Of a DNA stretch of 64,000 nucleotides, positions 27,456 to 36,981 are shown one piece after another (position 1 is the first letter of the stretch; each line of letters begins with the position of its first letter). The position numbers and the translations under genes are program-made. Origin of the DNA: Clostridia bacterium (lineage in GTDB: Bacteria; Bacillota; Clostridia; Christensenellales; QALW01); assembly GCA_045600145.1 (NCBI GenBank), contig JAZRXI010000023.1, forward strand, positions 16,192 through 80,191. Direction: 5' to 3'. The notes below the pieces were generated by a model. The model saw only the letters and a program-made list of their open reading frames with translations, was not told the origin of the DNA and ran no database searches.

Positions 27456-27996
27456 CGGTACTGACTACGAAATTCGTTCCGATTACCGCAACATTTTGCG
27501 TATTTTTATTGCGTTTAATTCGGATGAACTCAGCGACGAGGAAAAGGCGCTCATATTCCTTAGGCGAATGTATGTAAAACCGATTAAAGAATCGGATATA
27601 GTCGAAGCATACAACGCGGCGTGTGATTTCATAGAAAATCACGAACATTCAAGTAAACATCATCCGAAATTGGTTGATTGGGAAAAGGATGAGGCATTAG
27701 TATTTGCCGCTATCAACAAAGTAGCCGGTAAAGAAGTACGGTCCGTTGAATATATGCATTGGTGGACTTTCCTCGGGTATTTTCAGTGCATAGACCGTGA
27801 AGATACTTGGGGAGCCGTTCTCACTATACGGCAGAAACGCGCCCGCCATAAAAAATTAGAAAAATACGAAAGCGAATTCTTTAATGCCAACAGAGAGATA
27901 TGCGAACTGGGAAGCAGCGCAAATCGCAAAAAGGAGGCAGACGACTTCGCGAAAAGACTTCAAAAAGAACTTTTGGAAGAAGGGGGTGATTTGTGA
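27421..27996 (+). CDS. Gp15-like tail assembly protein
   Basis: LPTTLTINGTDYEIRSDYRNILRI pattern. GGAGGTG RBS 7 nt upstream of ATG 27421. Confidence 0.55.
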   Translation: MLGQLPTTLTINGTDYEIRSDYRNILRIFIAFNSDELSDEEKALIFLRRMYVKPIKESDIVEAYNAACDFIENHEHSSKHHPKLVDWEKDEALVFAAINKVAGKEVRSVEYMHWWTFLGYFQCIDREDTWGAVLTIRQKRARHKKLEKYESEFFNANREICELGSSANRKKEADDFAKRLQKELLEEGGDL

Positions 27997-30900
27997 TGCC
28001 AGGTAATGGTTCAGACGGCTCGATTACCATTGATACCGAACTTGACAAAACAGGTTTTGATAAAGGCTCCGATAAACTTTTGAATGCAGTAAAAGACCTA
28101 ACGAGTGCCGTTGACAATCTCGGAGATAATATGATGTCCTCGTTCTCACAAGTCATTCCCCTGCTTTCAAATATATCAAGTGCCGCATCTCGCGTTAACG
28201 GAGAGATGACAAAGACCGCCACACAGACGGCGGATGCAAACGAGCGTGTTGTTACATCAGAGCAACAGGTCGCACAGGCGGCAAATCAAGCGGCAAGCGC
28301 GGTTGACCGTCAAGGTAGCGGAATGAGTACGCTTGTTTCGGGAGCGACCGGCGCACAGAATAGTATCTCCGCACTCGAACGAGAGGTCAATTCTTTATCT
28401 TCGGGTATGTCGCAGTTATCCAATAGTGCCGAAACGGGTTTTGCAACGGGCAATAGCGTGCTTTCTTTTGATACCAAGTTGTCCGATATGGAAAGCCGTT
28501 TAGACGCCGCACGGGCGAAATTAGAGGCCTTTGGAGCAACGAAGATACCGACAGAAGATTATCAATGGTTGACAGAATCACTTGCCAAAGCCGAAGAACA
28601 GTATAACAAACTGCTTGAACGCCAAGCGAAGTACGAAGATACGGGAGTAAAACAAAACTCAAAGGCGTGGCAAAGCCTTGCGTACGACATTCAACAAGCA
28701 AGGGCGCAAATAAACGATTACAAAGGTGAAATGGCGTATATGGAAGAACAAGGCACCGCCTTTACTTCCGGCGCCGATACCGAAGAATACGCTCGGATGA
28801 AATCGTCTATTGACGAAACCGCCGCATCATTGGAGAGAAACCGGAAACTGATTGATTCGGAAGCACTTGCACAGGCGCGTTTGAATGTTCAAGCGGCGCA
28901 AGAGCAAGTTATCAGAGCACAGACCGCAGAACAGAAAGCGGCGGCACAGGCACAATTACGCGATGCGCAACAAGAGCTCAACGACCTTGCCGATTCAATG
29001 TCAAACAAAGACACAGGGCCATCGGATGAGGCTGTGTCCGGGTGGCAGAAATTCGGCGGTGTTATGAAAGGTGTCGGCGCGGCTGCGGTGAAAGTAGTCG
29101 GTACGCTCGGAAAAGCAACTTTCAAATTGTTATCAAAGGGCGTACAGGCGGCGACAAATAAACTCAAAGATTATATCAAGCAATCAAAACAGGCATCACT
29201 CACATCCAATGCGTTGGTAAAATCGCTTACAAGTTTGAAGCGAATGCTGATTACTCGTATAAAGCGAATGTTTATCAGCGCAATTTTTAATGAGGTCAAA
29301 GAGGGATTAAAGGAACTCACAAAATATTCCGCTGAATTTGACAGAGCCATGAGCAACATCAAAAATTCAGCAAAAGGCGTATCGGGTAATCTTACCATAT
29401 CTCTCGGAAACCTTATAAGCACCATTGAGCCGGCACTAACCGCCGTGCTTAATATGCTGACATCTGCAATTACTCAATTCAATGCTTTTTATGCTGCATT
29501 AAGCGGTAAGAAAACCGTAACGGTAGCAAAAAAGCAAACGGCATCTTACGCCGCTTCGTTGGAAGATGCCGCAGATGCCGCAGAAGATGTAAAAAATCAG
29601 TTAATGGGCTTCGATAAGATAAACAAACTCAACGATGATTCGAGCAAGTCAAGCGGCGGCTCGGATATGTATGAGGATGTTCCCATTGAATCTACCATAG
29701 GCGAATTCTTCACAAAGATAAAGAATGCCTTTGAAAAAGGACAATGGAACGAAATCGGAAGAACTATCGCTGACGGTCTGAATACGGGTATGAAAACCGT
29801 AGATGATTGGTTTAATACTAAACTCCATCCGCTTGGCGTAACTTGGGCAGGGCGCGTAGCCGATATGCTTAATGGATTAACTGACGGTTTCAGTTGGAGC
29901 GGACTCGGCAAAACAATCGGAGACGGCTTTAATACGGCTTTTGATACTGCATACACATTCTTAACTACATACAACTTCCTGCACTTAGGACAGGGCGTTG
30001 CAACGGCTATAAACAGTTGGTTTGAGCAAACAGACTTCTCCCTTATCGGAAAAACGCTCGGCGCAAAACTTCGGGCGGCGATTGACCTTGGTTTTGGATT
30101 TGTAACAACTCTTGATTTTGAAAACATCGGTCAGAATATCGCAGATTCAATTAACGGCTACTTTGAGGAAATGGGAAAGATAAACCCCGAAACCGGTCTT
30201 AGCGGTTGGCAGGAACTCGGAAGAGGAATAGCCCTATCGCTTAACGGTATCAAAGATGCGGTTGTAACGGCGGTCAAAAACATAGATTGGGATGAAGTAA
30301 AGAAAGGTCTTGGCGATGCAATTTCTGAACTGTGGGGAAATCTTGATGTTGAATTAAAGGTTGCCCTCGTTGTTTCGTTAGCCGCCATCACTATTGGCAG
30401 TATTGCAAAAATCCTTATCGAACAGGCGGTATTATCAAAAATAGCGTCTTCCTTTGCAAAGAAGATAGCCGCCGCATTTGCCGCAGAGGGCGCAGCTGAA
30501 ACGGGAGCAGCAATAACAGAATCCATCGGAACGGAAGTAGCGGCATCTGCAGGAACATCATCCACGCTTCTTGCCGCAGGTAAATGGATAGGTGCCGCAC
30601 TTGTAGGCGCGGTCATCGGCGGTATCGTAGGCGAAGGCATTGACAAGATAATCGGCTCGTTTGATTTTGACGGTAATGAGTATTTCAAGAATTTCCATTG
30701 GTTTGGCGATGATGAGTATTCATTTATCGGTCAAGCGAAAAATGTTTTCAGCAATCTCGATGTTTTGTACGATGAAACATTCGGAAAACTCGGAGAATGG
30801 CTCGGCAACGGTATTTGGAGCGCGTGGGAATCGACCTCTCAAAAGTGGACTGAAATCAAAAGTTCAGTATCTACAAAGTGGGATGAAATCAAAACAGGAA

Positions 30901-31973
30901 CATCTCAAAAATGGGGAGAAATCAAGACGGCAGTTTCCGACAAGTTTACCGAAATCAAAACCGATGTATCTACATCCGTAGGAAATGTCGCAACGACAAT
31001 CTCTACTAAATGGGGAGAAATCAAAACAACTGCTTCTGAAAAATGGGCGGGCATAAAAACATCCATTTCTACCTCGTGGAACAATATTAAAACGGATGTC
31101 TCGACAAAAGTAGGAAGTGTTGCCACAAGCGTTTCAAAGAAATGGGATGAGATCAAAACCAGCGTTTCCACAACCGTAGGCAATATCGCCACAACCGTAT
31201 CGAACAAGTGGAATGACATCAAAACCACCGCGTCGAATAAGTGGAATGACATCAAAACCACGATCTCGACAAAGTGGGACGGCCTGAAAGACACTCTGAA
31301 AAACACAGATTGGACTTCCATCGGCTCAAATCTTGTGTCCGGCTTGAAAAGCGGTATCACAAACGCTTGGGACAGTTTGAAGAAGAAAGTCGGCGGGTTA
31401 TGTTCTGATTTGGTAAGCGGTGTAAAAGATTTCTTCGGCATCGCTTCTCCGTCAAAAGTATTTGCCGCAATCGGTCGCTTCTTAGGACTTGGTCTTGGAG
31501 AGGGCGTTGACGACACGAAAAAGGATGTTTTAAGCACCGTTTCTAATTTGGCACAGTCTGTAACGGATGAAATGGAAGATACCGAATTAAAGCCGTTGCA
31601 ACTGTCAGAAGACAGTACCGTGAGAGGTCTTGACCTTGTTGCAGATAAACTCGCGGGAATAGCCGAAACATTCAAGGCGATAACAGGTATGCTTTCCTCT
31701 ATGGGTGGATTGAGAGTGCCCGAAATTGCCGCAGGTCGTGTTGTCCCGATTAAGACAAGAGTGGATGCATCAAGCACGGGAGATACTTCGGATATGTACA
31801 GAGGATTCTCCCTCGCAGAATGGAAACGCGCTTTGCGTGAAGTGTTGCACGAATACGGAATGGATGGAGACATTGTTGTTCCTGTAAGTCTTGACGGCGA
31901 TATTATCTACAAGGTGGTCGTTAAAAAGAATCGCGACCATACTATCAGAACGGGGGTGAACGCACTTGGCTAA
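27996..31973 (+). CDS. tail tape measure protein
   Basis: 1325 aa, coiled-coil N-terminus, Gly/Ala-rich TM-like core, C-terminal 11-residue W-x-x-I-K-T repeats. Confidence 0.9.
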   Translation: MPGNGSDGSITIDTELDKTGFDKGSDKLLNAVKDLTSAVDNLGDNMMSSFSQVIPLLSNISSAASRVNGEMTKTATQTADANERVVTSEQQVAQAANQAASAVDRQGSGMSTLVSGATGAQNSISALEREVNSLSSGMSQLSNSAETGFATGNSVLSFDTKLSDMESRLDAARAKLEAFGATKIPTEDYQWLTESLAKAEEQYNKLLERQAKYEDTGVKQNSKAWQSLAYDIQQARAQINDYKGEMAYMEEQGTAFTSGADTEEYARMKSSIDETAASLERNRKLIDSEALAQARLNVQAAQEQVIRAQTAEQKAAAQAQLRDAQQELNDLADSMSNKDTGPSDEAVSGWQKFGGVMKGVGAAAVKVVGTLGKATFKLLSKGVQAATNKLKDYIKQSKQASLTSNALVKSLTSLKRMLITRIKRMFISAIFNEVKEGLKELTKYSAEFDRAMSNIKNSAKGVSGNLTISLGNLISTIEPALTAVLNMLTSAITQFNAFYAALSGKKTVTVAKKQTASYAASLEDAADAAEDVKNQLMGFDKINKLNDDSSKSSGGSDMYEDVPIESTIGEFFTKIKNAFEKGQWNEIGRTIADGLNTGMKTVDDWFNTKLHPLGVTWAGRVADMLNGLTDGFSWSGLGKTIGDGFNTAFDTAYTFLTTYNFLHLGQGVATAINSWFEQTDFSLIGKTLGAKLRAAIDLGFGFVTTLDFENIGQNIADSINGYFEEMGKINPETGLSGWQELGRGIALSLNGIKDAVVTAVKNIDWDEVKKGLGDAISELWGNLDVELKVALVVSLAAITIGSIAKILIEQAVLSKIASSFAKKIAAAFAAEGAAETGAAITESIGTEVAASAGTSSTLLAAGKWIGAALVGAVIGGIVGEGIDKIIGSFDFDGNEYFKNFHWFGDDEYSFIGQAKNVFSNLDVLYDETFGKLGEWLGNGIWSAWESTSQKWTEIKSSVSTKWDEIKTGTSQKWGEIKTAVSDKFTEIKTDVSTSVGNVATTISTKWGEIKTTASEKWAGIKTSISTSWNNIKTDVSTKVGSVATSVSKKWDEIKTSVSTTVGNIATTVSNKWNDIKTTASNKWNDIKTTISTKWDGLKDTLKNTDWTSIGSNLVSGLKSGITNAWDSLKKKVGGLCSDLVSGVKDFFGIASPSKVFAAIGRFLGLGLGEGVDDTKKDVLSTVSNLAQSVTDEMEDTELKPLQLSEDSTVRGLDLVADKLAGIAETFKAITGMLSSMGGLRVPEIAAGRVVPIKTRVDASSTGDTSDMYRGFSLAEWKRALREVLHEYGMDGDIVVPVSLDGDIIYKVVVKKNRDHTIRTGVNALG
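30838..31295 (+). repeat. tandem 33-nt (11-codon) repeats inside the tape measure gene
   Basis: About 14 units of S-x-K-W-x-E/D-I-K-T-x-x. Adjacent units at 31201-31266 are nearly identical at the nucleotide level. Confidence 0.8.
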
Positions 31974-32346
31974 TTACAACATAGCGGTATTAGACGGTGT
32001 CGTTCTCCCTGTTCCTGCGGAGAACGGCATAACGGTAGGATATAAAAAGATTTGGTCGAAGAACACCGGGCGCGGCTCTACCGGTCTTATGGTTGGCGAC
32101 ATTGTGGCTATTAAGCAGACGGTTGACATCAAATGGACCGGGATAGGAACTGCCGAATACGACAAAATTCATAACATTGTCGATAATCAGCAAAAAGCCT
32201 TTGTGTCGTTGACATTAAAAAGGAATAGTGCAGACCCCGGCGATACCATCGTGATTTATTCCGGCGACACCACATATCCAATCGACCATATTGTCGATGA
32301 TGAAACCTGTTATGCCGACATAACGATAAACTTTGTGGAGCAGTGA
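31966..32346 (+). CDS. distal tail component (putative, TTG start)
   Basis: 126-aa ORF overlapping the tape-measure stop. Confidence 0.4.
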   Translation: MANYNIAVLDGVVLPVPAENGITVGYKKIWSKNTGRGSTGLMVGDIVAIKQTVDIKWTGIGTAEYDKIHNIVDNQQKAFVSLTLKRNSADPGDTIVIYSGDTTYPIDHIVDDETCYADITINFVEQ

Positions 32347-32352
32347 GAGATT

Positions 32353-34212
32353 ATGTACGAAACATCAGCGGCCGTAGCAGCTGCAATAGAACAATATTCC
32401 CGCACTTTCCGCGCAAAACTTGTATTTGAGGATGATGGATATGTAATCGGCGGCGATACGGAGCGTACCGTTGTCGATTACAAACTCCAAGGCGGAAGTT
32501 GCGCAACACACGATTTGAAAATCGGCTCTACAATGTGCGCAACAATAGAAATGCATCTCGGCTACAAAGAAACAGTTTCCTTGCTTCGCCGAGATTGCAA
32601 AATGTATATCAGCATATTGCTTAATTCCGTATTTGTTGATATACCGTTCGGAAAATACACTATCCGAGATTCCGATTCGGCAAGCGGACAGACGGTTTTA
32701 TACTTGGCGGACTATATGTATAAACTTGACCGCGACTATAAGACGTCTCTTGTATTTCCGAACACAGTAGAAAATATCGTGGCAGACATATCGCACCAAT
32801 TCGGCTTTGATTACGATGTCGGAACATTGCACGGCCTTGTTATCGGCAATGTGCCGGTTGGTATGTCTTACCGAAACATAATCGGTCATATCGCCGCGAT
32901 GAACGGAAAATTCGCCGTATTTGACAGAGATGGCACATTACGCTATAAGTGGTATGAGGCGGCGAATTACACTATCAATAATGATATCATTACAGACCCA
33001 ACGGTTTCGGAAGCGGATTATGTGGTAGGCTTCCTCGATGTTCAGCTTGCTGACGGAAGTTACAAAACGCTCCCGGAAGAAGCGGAATCAGAGCAAGGAA
33101 TATCTATTGCAAATCCGTTTATGAGCGATAGCGCAATGCAAATAGCGTGGAATACTGTCAAAGATTTTGCGTATCGCCCTGCAACAGTAAAAATGCTTTT
33201 GGGAGATCCTCGCATCGACCCGTGGGATATTCTTACGCTAAATGTAGGCGATGCTGAATATAGCGTGCCGGTAATGACCTTATCTTTTGAGTTTGACGGT
33301 GGGCTTTCGTGCGAATTGGCGGCAACTGCCACAACCGAAGACAGCGAATACCAAACTCCTACTCAAAGGCAACAGTCGCAAACACAGGCAGATATCAAGA
33401 GCGCAACATATGTAATATTCGCAAACAATGTTATTGATGTGGATATTGATATGTCGAGCAAAAGGCTTCTCCGTCTCGCGTTTGCGGTAACGGAAAATGC
33501 AACGCCGTATATGATTGTTACGGCACAGGTTGAAATCACAACGCCCGGCACATTGCTATTCACCGTAACCGTAAACGGAAGTGCATACACATACCATAGG
33601 CAGTTATGTGCAGAGGGTGATAATCTTATTACTTTTATGGTGCCCTTTGTTTCGCTATCCACAACGGGTAGCCATTCGGTAGAAGTGCTTATTTCAAGCG
33701 AAGACGCAGCGGGTATCATTCTCAACGATAATGCAAAAGCAATTCTGACAGGTAGCGGAACATCCGGCGCGGGCGCATGGGATGGTCTTATTACCGTTTC
33801 GGATGGTGTACGCGCAATCCGCGTGAACATTCCGGAAGCAATTCGCTCTATTATCTCCCCGTTCTCCGACAATGCCGATGTCGGCACGGTTGCACCGGGA
33901 AGCGTTGCACAATCGGATAATATCAGCGCAATTCGCGTTGATATACCGTCTGCAACGGTTGTATCGTTCAGCGGAATTATGGACCGTATGCGCTATTATC
34001 CCGTTGTCCGTCAAGCAATCATCTACCCCGCGAATGAAGCGGAATATATTTATAACCGCGACTTTATTGATATATCAGAAAACACCTTCAAATTGCGCAG
34101 AGCATACGAATATCACGGAACGGCGCAGACGGTGGATAGCGGTCAACTGACAAGTGTATCGTTACCGCTTAATGTGTTTGATTCCGTATCGGAAGTGGAG
34201 GTTGAAGAATGA
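32353..34212 (+). CDS. tail-associated (Tal-like) baseplate protein
   Basis: 619 aa; sits right after the distal tail gene. Confidence 0.5.
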   Translation: MYETSAAVAAAIEQYSRTFRAKLVFEDDGYVIGGDTERTVVDYKLQGGSCATHDLKIGSTMCATIEMHLGYKETVSLLRRDCKMYISILLNSVFVDIPFGKYTIRDSDSASGQTVLYLADYMYKLDRDYKTSLVFPNTVENIVADISHQFGFDYDVGTLHGLVIGNVPVGMSYRNIIGHIAAMNGKFAVFDRDGTLRYKWYEAANYTINNDIITDPTVSEADYVVGFLDVQLADGSYKTLPEEAESEQGISIANPFMSDSAMQIAWNTVKDFAYRPATVKMLLGDPRIDPWDILTLNVGDAEYSVPVMTLSFEFDGGLSCELAATATTEDSEYQTPTQRQQSQTQADIKSATYVIFANNVIDVDIDMSSKRLLRLAFAVTENATPYMIVTAQVEITTPGTLLFTVTVNGSAYTYHRQLCAEGDNLITFMVPFVSLSTTGSHSVEVLISSEDAAGIILNDNAKAILTGSGTSGAGAWDGLITVSDGVRAIRVNIPEAIRSIISPFSDNADVGTVAPGSVAQSDNISAIRVDIPSATVVSFSGIMDRMRYYPVVRQAIIYPANEAEYIYNRDFIDISENTFKLRRAYEYHGTAQTVDSGQLTSVSLPLNVFDSVSEVEVEE

Positions 34213-35282
34213 ACTATAAAAGCGTACAGGATATGATAGCGGCAGGCAAAACGAATATGATTACCTTGCTGAACAATGTGGCTTATGATGATAACGCCTA
34301 CACTATCACAAATATACCGTCTTGGGTGAAATTCAACGGTCATACTTCATCCACGATGCAGGCAAGCGGTAACTCTTGGCTTGGCTTCGGAAATTATGGA
34401 GAGCAGTTCAAATTCAACCGCCGCGATGCGAAAATGTTTTATCTGTGGTATGAAACGGGAACGATTTTCAATTATATAAAGTTTATGAAAATCAGATGGC
34501 GCGGTTATTCGCAGTATAATAGCGCATATTGGCAAGAATGGGAAACGGTATGGTTTGATACGGGCGATGTTATGATACACGCGGTAGAGATACCGGCTGC
34601 TTATTATAACGGCTCTTTCAACATTATCGCCGGTGGTGCAACAACCATAACCTATTCGTACAACGCTTTAACCGCCGCCTCTCCGTATGTAACATTCTAT
34701 TCGCAAGATGAGGAAAACACTACATTCCAAATAGCGTATGAATTGGCGAACATTCGCGTACCGTGGCACGATAAATGGCTCATTGAGAATGAGGGCGTTT
34801 ATTACAATATCATAGACGGTGAATTAAATCCGTTGGAGATAACGGAGATTACCGCACAAAATATGATAGATTACGGTATGGATGATGCGCCGAGCGGTGC
34901 GCTCCTGCTCAATATGAGCGCACCTAAACTTCATAGGTGGAATGATAGCGAACAGTATGTAGAAGTGCCGTTGCAACCCGTAATAACGGCTCATATTGCC
35001 GCTTTACCGTATGAGCAGGTAATGGAATGTCATATTGATATGAGTGATACCACAATCAAAGGAATTGAAAAGGTAACGGCTCTGTATTCGGGCATTACTC
35101 AAATATGTTATTCGCTCGATGACGGCGACACATATACACAGTATATGCCGATGACAGATTTCCTCGACCTCGATTTTGCAGAAATATATCGGCTATTGCC
35201 GAACAGTAAAATTCTTCGCCTGCGCTTTTACTTTCAAGAGAACGATGTACTTACGCGGCAGACGATAACCTATATCAATTAA
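34209..35282 (+). CDS. baseplate/tail structural protein
   Basis: 357 aa, ATGA coupling. Confidence 0.45.
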   Translation: MNYKSVQDMIAAGKTNMITLLNNVAYDDNAYTITNIPSWVKFNGHTSSTMQASGNSWLGFGNYGEQFKFNRRDAKMFYLWYETGTIFNYIKFMKIRWRGYSQYNSAYWQEWETVWFDTGDVMIHAVEIPAAYYNGSFNIIAGGATTITYSYNALTAASPYVTFYSQDEENTTFQIAYELANIRVPWHDKWLIENEGVYYNIIDGELNPLEITEITAQNMIDYGMDDAPSGALLLNMSAPKLHRWNDSEQYVEVPLQPVITAHIAALPYEQVMECHIDMSDTTIKGIEKVTALYSGITQICYSLDDGDTYTQYMPMTDFLDLDFAEIYRLLPNSKILRLRFYFQENDVLTRQTITYIN

Positions 35283-35294
35283 GGAGGATTGTTT

Positions 35295-36683
35295 ATGCTT
35301 AAAGGTAAAACACGGTTTGAACTTACCGATGTAAACACAGGCGAAAGAAAAGTATTTGAAAAGCACAATATGGTGACAAACACACTCAGTAATCTTTTTA
35401 ATGGTCTTAATTCGCATTTGTATCATCCGTTGGAAACAACCACTCATTTGTGGAGTATTGTAAACAACTTAATGCCGATATACGATAAGGCGTTTGGCGG
35501 TCTACTTTTGTTTGACGGATTGCTTGATGAATCGCAAAACACGGTTTATCAAAACGGAAATGTTCACATTGTAGGAAGCGCATATAACGCTTATTCGGGG
35601 ACAAGTGTGTGGCGCGGGTCAAGAAACAACAATGAAAGCGGTTTGCTTTATGATGGAACAAAGGCAATCGGATATCGCTTTGTTTGGGACTTCGGAACAG
35701 ATAAAGCAAACGGAAATATACAAGCGGCCGCGCTGACAAGTTCCGCTGGCGGAAGCGGAGGCTGTATGAATATTGATATGGCAACAGAATCCGAGGCGGA
35801 TGCTTCAATGGCTTCTGTAATGGGCTCTTCGTTTACCGTTTTTCAATCTGCAATAACATCTTCTTCGCATAGAATATTGAGAATATCCGGAAACGATATT
35901 TTTTATAGCAACGGTTCAAACCTCTATAAGACATCTGTATTTTATCCGAGCGAAGTTAAAATTATAGATTCGTATAAAGCATTCAGTACCGCAGAACTAA
36001 TAAAGACTTTTGGCTATTCTTTGAATAATGCAAATATTATGCCAAATGGGAATATTGCGGTTACTTTCGCAGAAACGGGAAAGTTCACAACGCATATTAT
36101 CTCTGTTTCTGATTGGACAGAAACAACGGTTGAAACGCCTTTCGATGATGCAAGTACATATACAAGTACGGCATTTTATTATGATAGCGCAAAGCTCTAT
36201 TTAGTAAACGCCAACGGAGTGAAAATACTTGATGCAACAACAGGAGATTTACTGCATAACTCAACCACTTTTAAGTTAAGTAGTCCAAGTTCAAGCTATG
36301 TAGTATGTGTCGGAGATTATCTGTTATTTGCGAATGTTATAAATCGTTATGAATCAACCACATACAAACGAGGAATAGCGATAAGCAGAATAACAAATGC
36401 AATATCGAATGTAAATGCTCCGTTTCACAAAAACACATCTACAAGTTATTATTATTATCACAGATATAGGCAAATTTCTTGCGATGATGTTCTCTCACCA
36501 TATATTCTGTTTGATGATTATTACCATAGTAGCAGTGATTACTTTTATGTGACGGCGGTTCGTATGTCTCCATACATACTTACGGTACAAAACCTCGGCT
36601 CTCCCGGTGTAACGAAAACGAATGCGCAGACAATGAAAGTTACATACGAAATCACCGAAGATTTAGAGCCGGAAAACATCTAA
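35295..36683 (+). CDS. tail structural protein
   Basis: AAGGAGG RBS 7 nt upstream of ATG 35295. 462 aa, Ser/Thr/Asn-rich. Confidence 0.45.
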   Translation: MLKGKTRFELTDVNTGERKVFEKHNMVTNTLSNLFNGLNSHLYHPLETTTHLWSIVNNLMPIYDKAFGGLLLFDGLLDESQNTVYQNGNVHIVGSAYNAYSGTSVWRGSRNNNESGLLYDGTKAIGYRFVWDFGTDKANGNIQAAALTSSAGGSGGCMNIDMATESEADASMASVMGSSFTVFQSAITSSSHRILRISGNDIFYSNGSNLYKTSVFYPSEVKIIDSYKAFSTAELIKTFGYSLNNANIMPNGNIAVTFAETGKFTTHIISVSDWTETTVETPFDDASTYTSTAFYYDSAKLYLVNANGVKILDATTGDLLHNSTTFKLSSPSSSYVVCVGDYLLFANVINRYESTTYKRGIAISRITNAISNVNAPFHKNTSTSYYYYHRYRQISCDDVLSPYILFDDYYHSSSDYFYVTAVRMSPYILTVQNLGSPGVTKTNAQTMKVTYEITEDLEPENI

Positions 36684-36733
36684 TCACAAATGTCAGATAA
36701 CTGACTGTGAATATTTCAAAAGGAGGGCTTACA

Positions 36734-36964
36734 ATGAAAGCGATATCTACAAAATTGGTTGGCTACAAAGACAACGGCAAAAGAATTATGGAAGCGTTGA
36801 TTACTTCCGATGAAACACCCGATGAGCTTCCCGTTACCGGCAGAGATGTTATTGGTATGAGCGAAGACGAATGTTTTGCACCTATGTCAATTCTTTACAT
36901 TATCGGAAACGCTGATGTAAAAGTTTACATTGCAAACGAATCGGGAATGTTCATCGCGCAGTAA
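36734..36964 (+). CDS. hypothetical small structural-module protein
   Basis: AAGGAGGG RBS. 76 aa. Confidence 0.45.
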   Translation: MKAISTKLVGYKDNGKRIMEALITSDETPDELPVTGRDVIGMSEDECFAPMSILYIIGNADVKVYIANESGMFIAQ

Positions 36965-36981
36965 GAAAGGAGTGGTAAAAT

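Noticed and set aside
30905-31873. 322-aa minus-strand ORF.
   Set aside because: It is antisense to the repeat region of the tape measure gene, and its periodic sequence is the complement of the W-x-x-I-K-T repeats.
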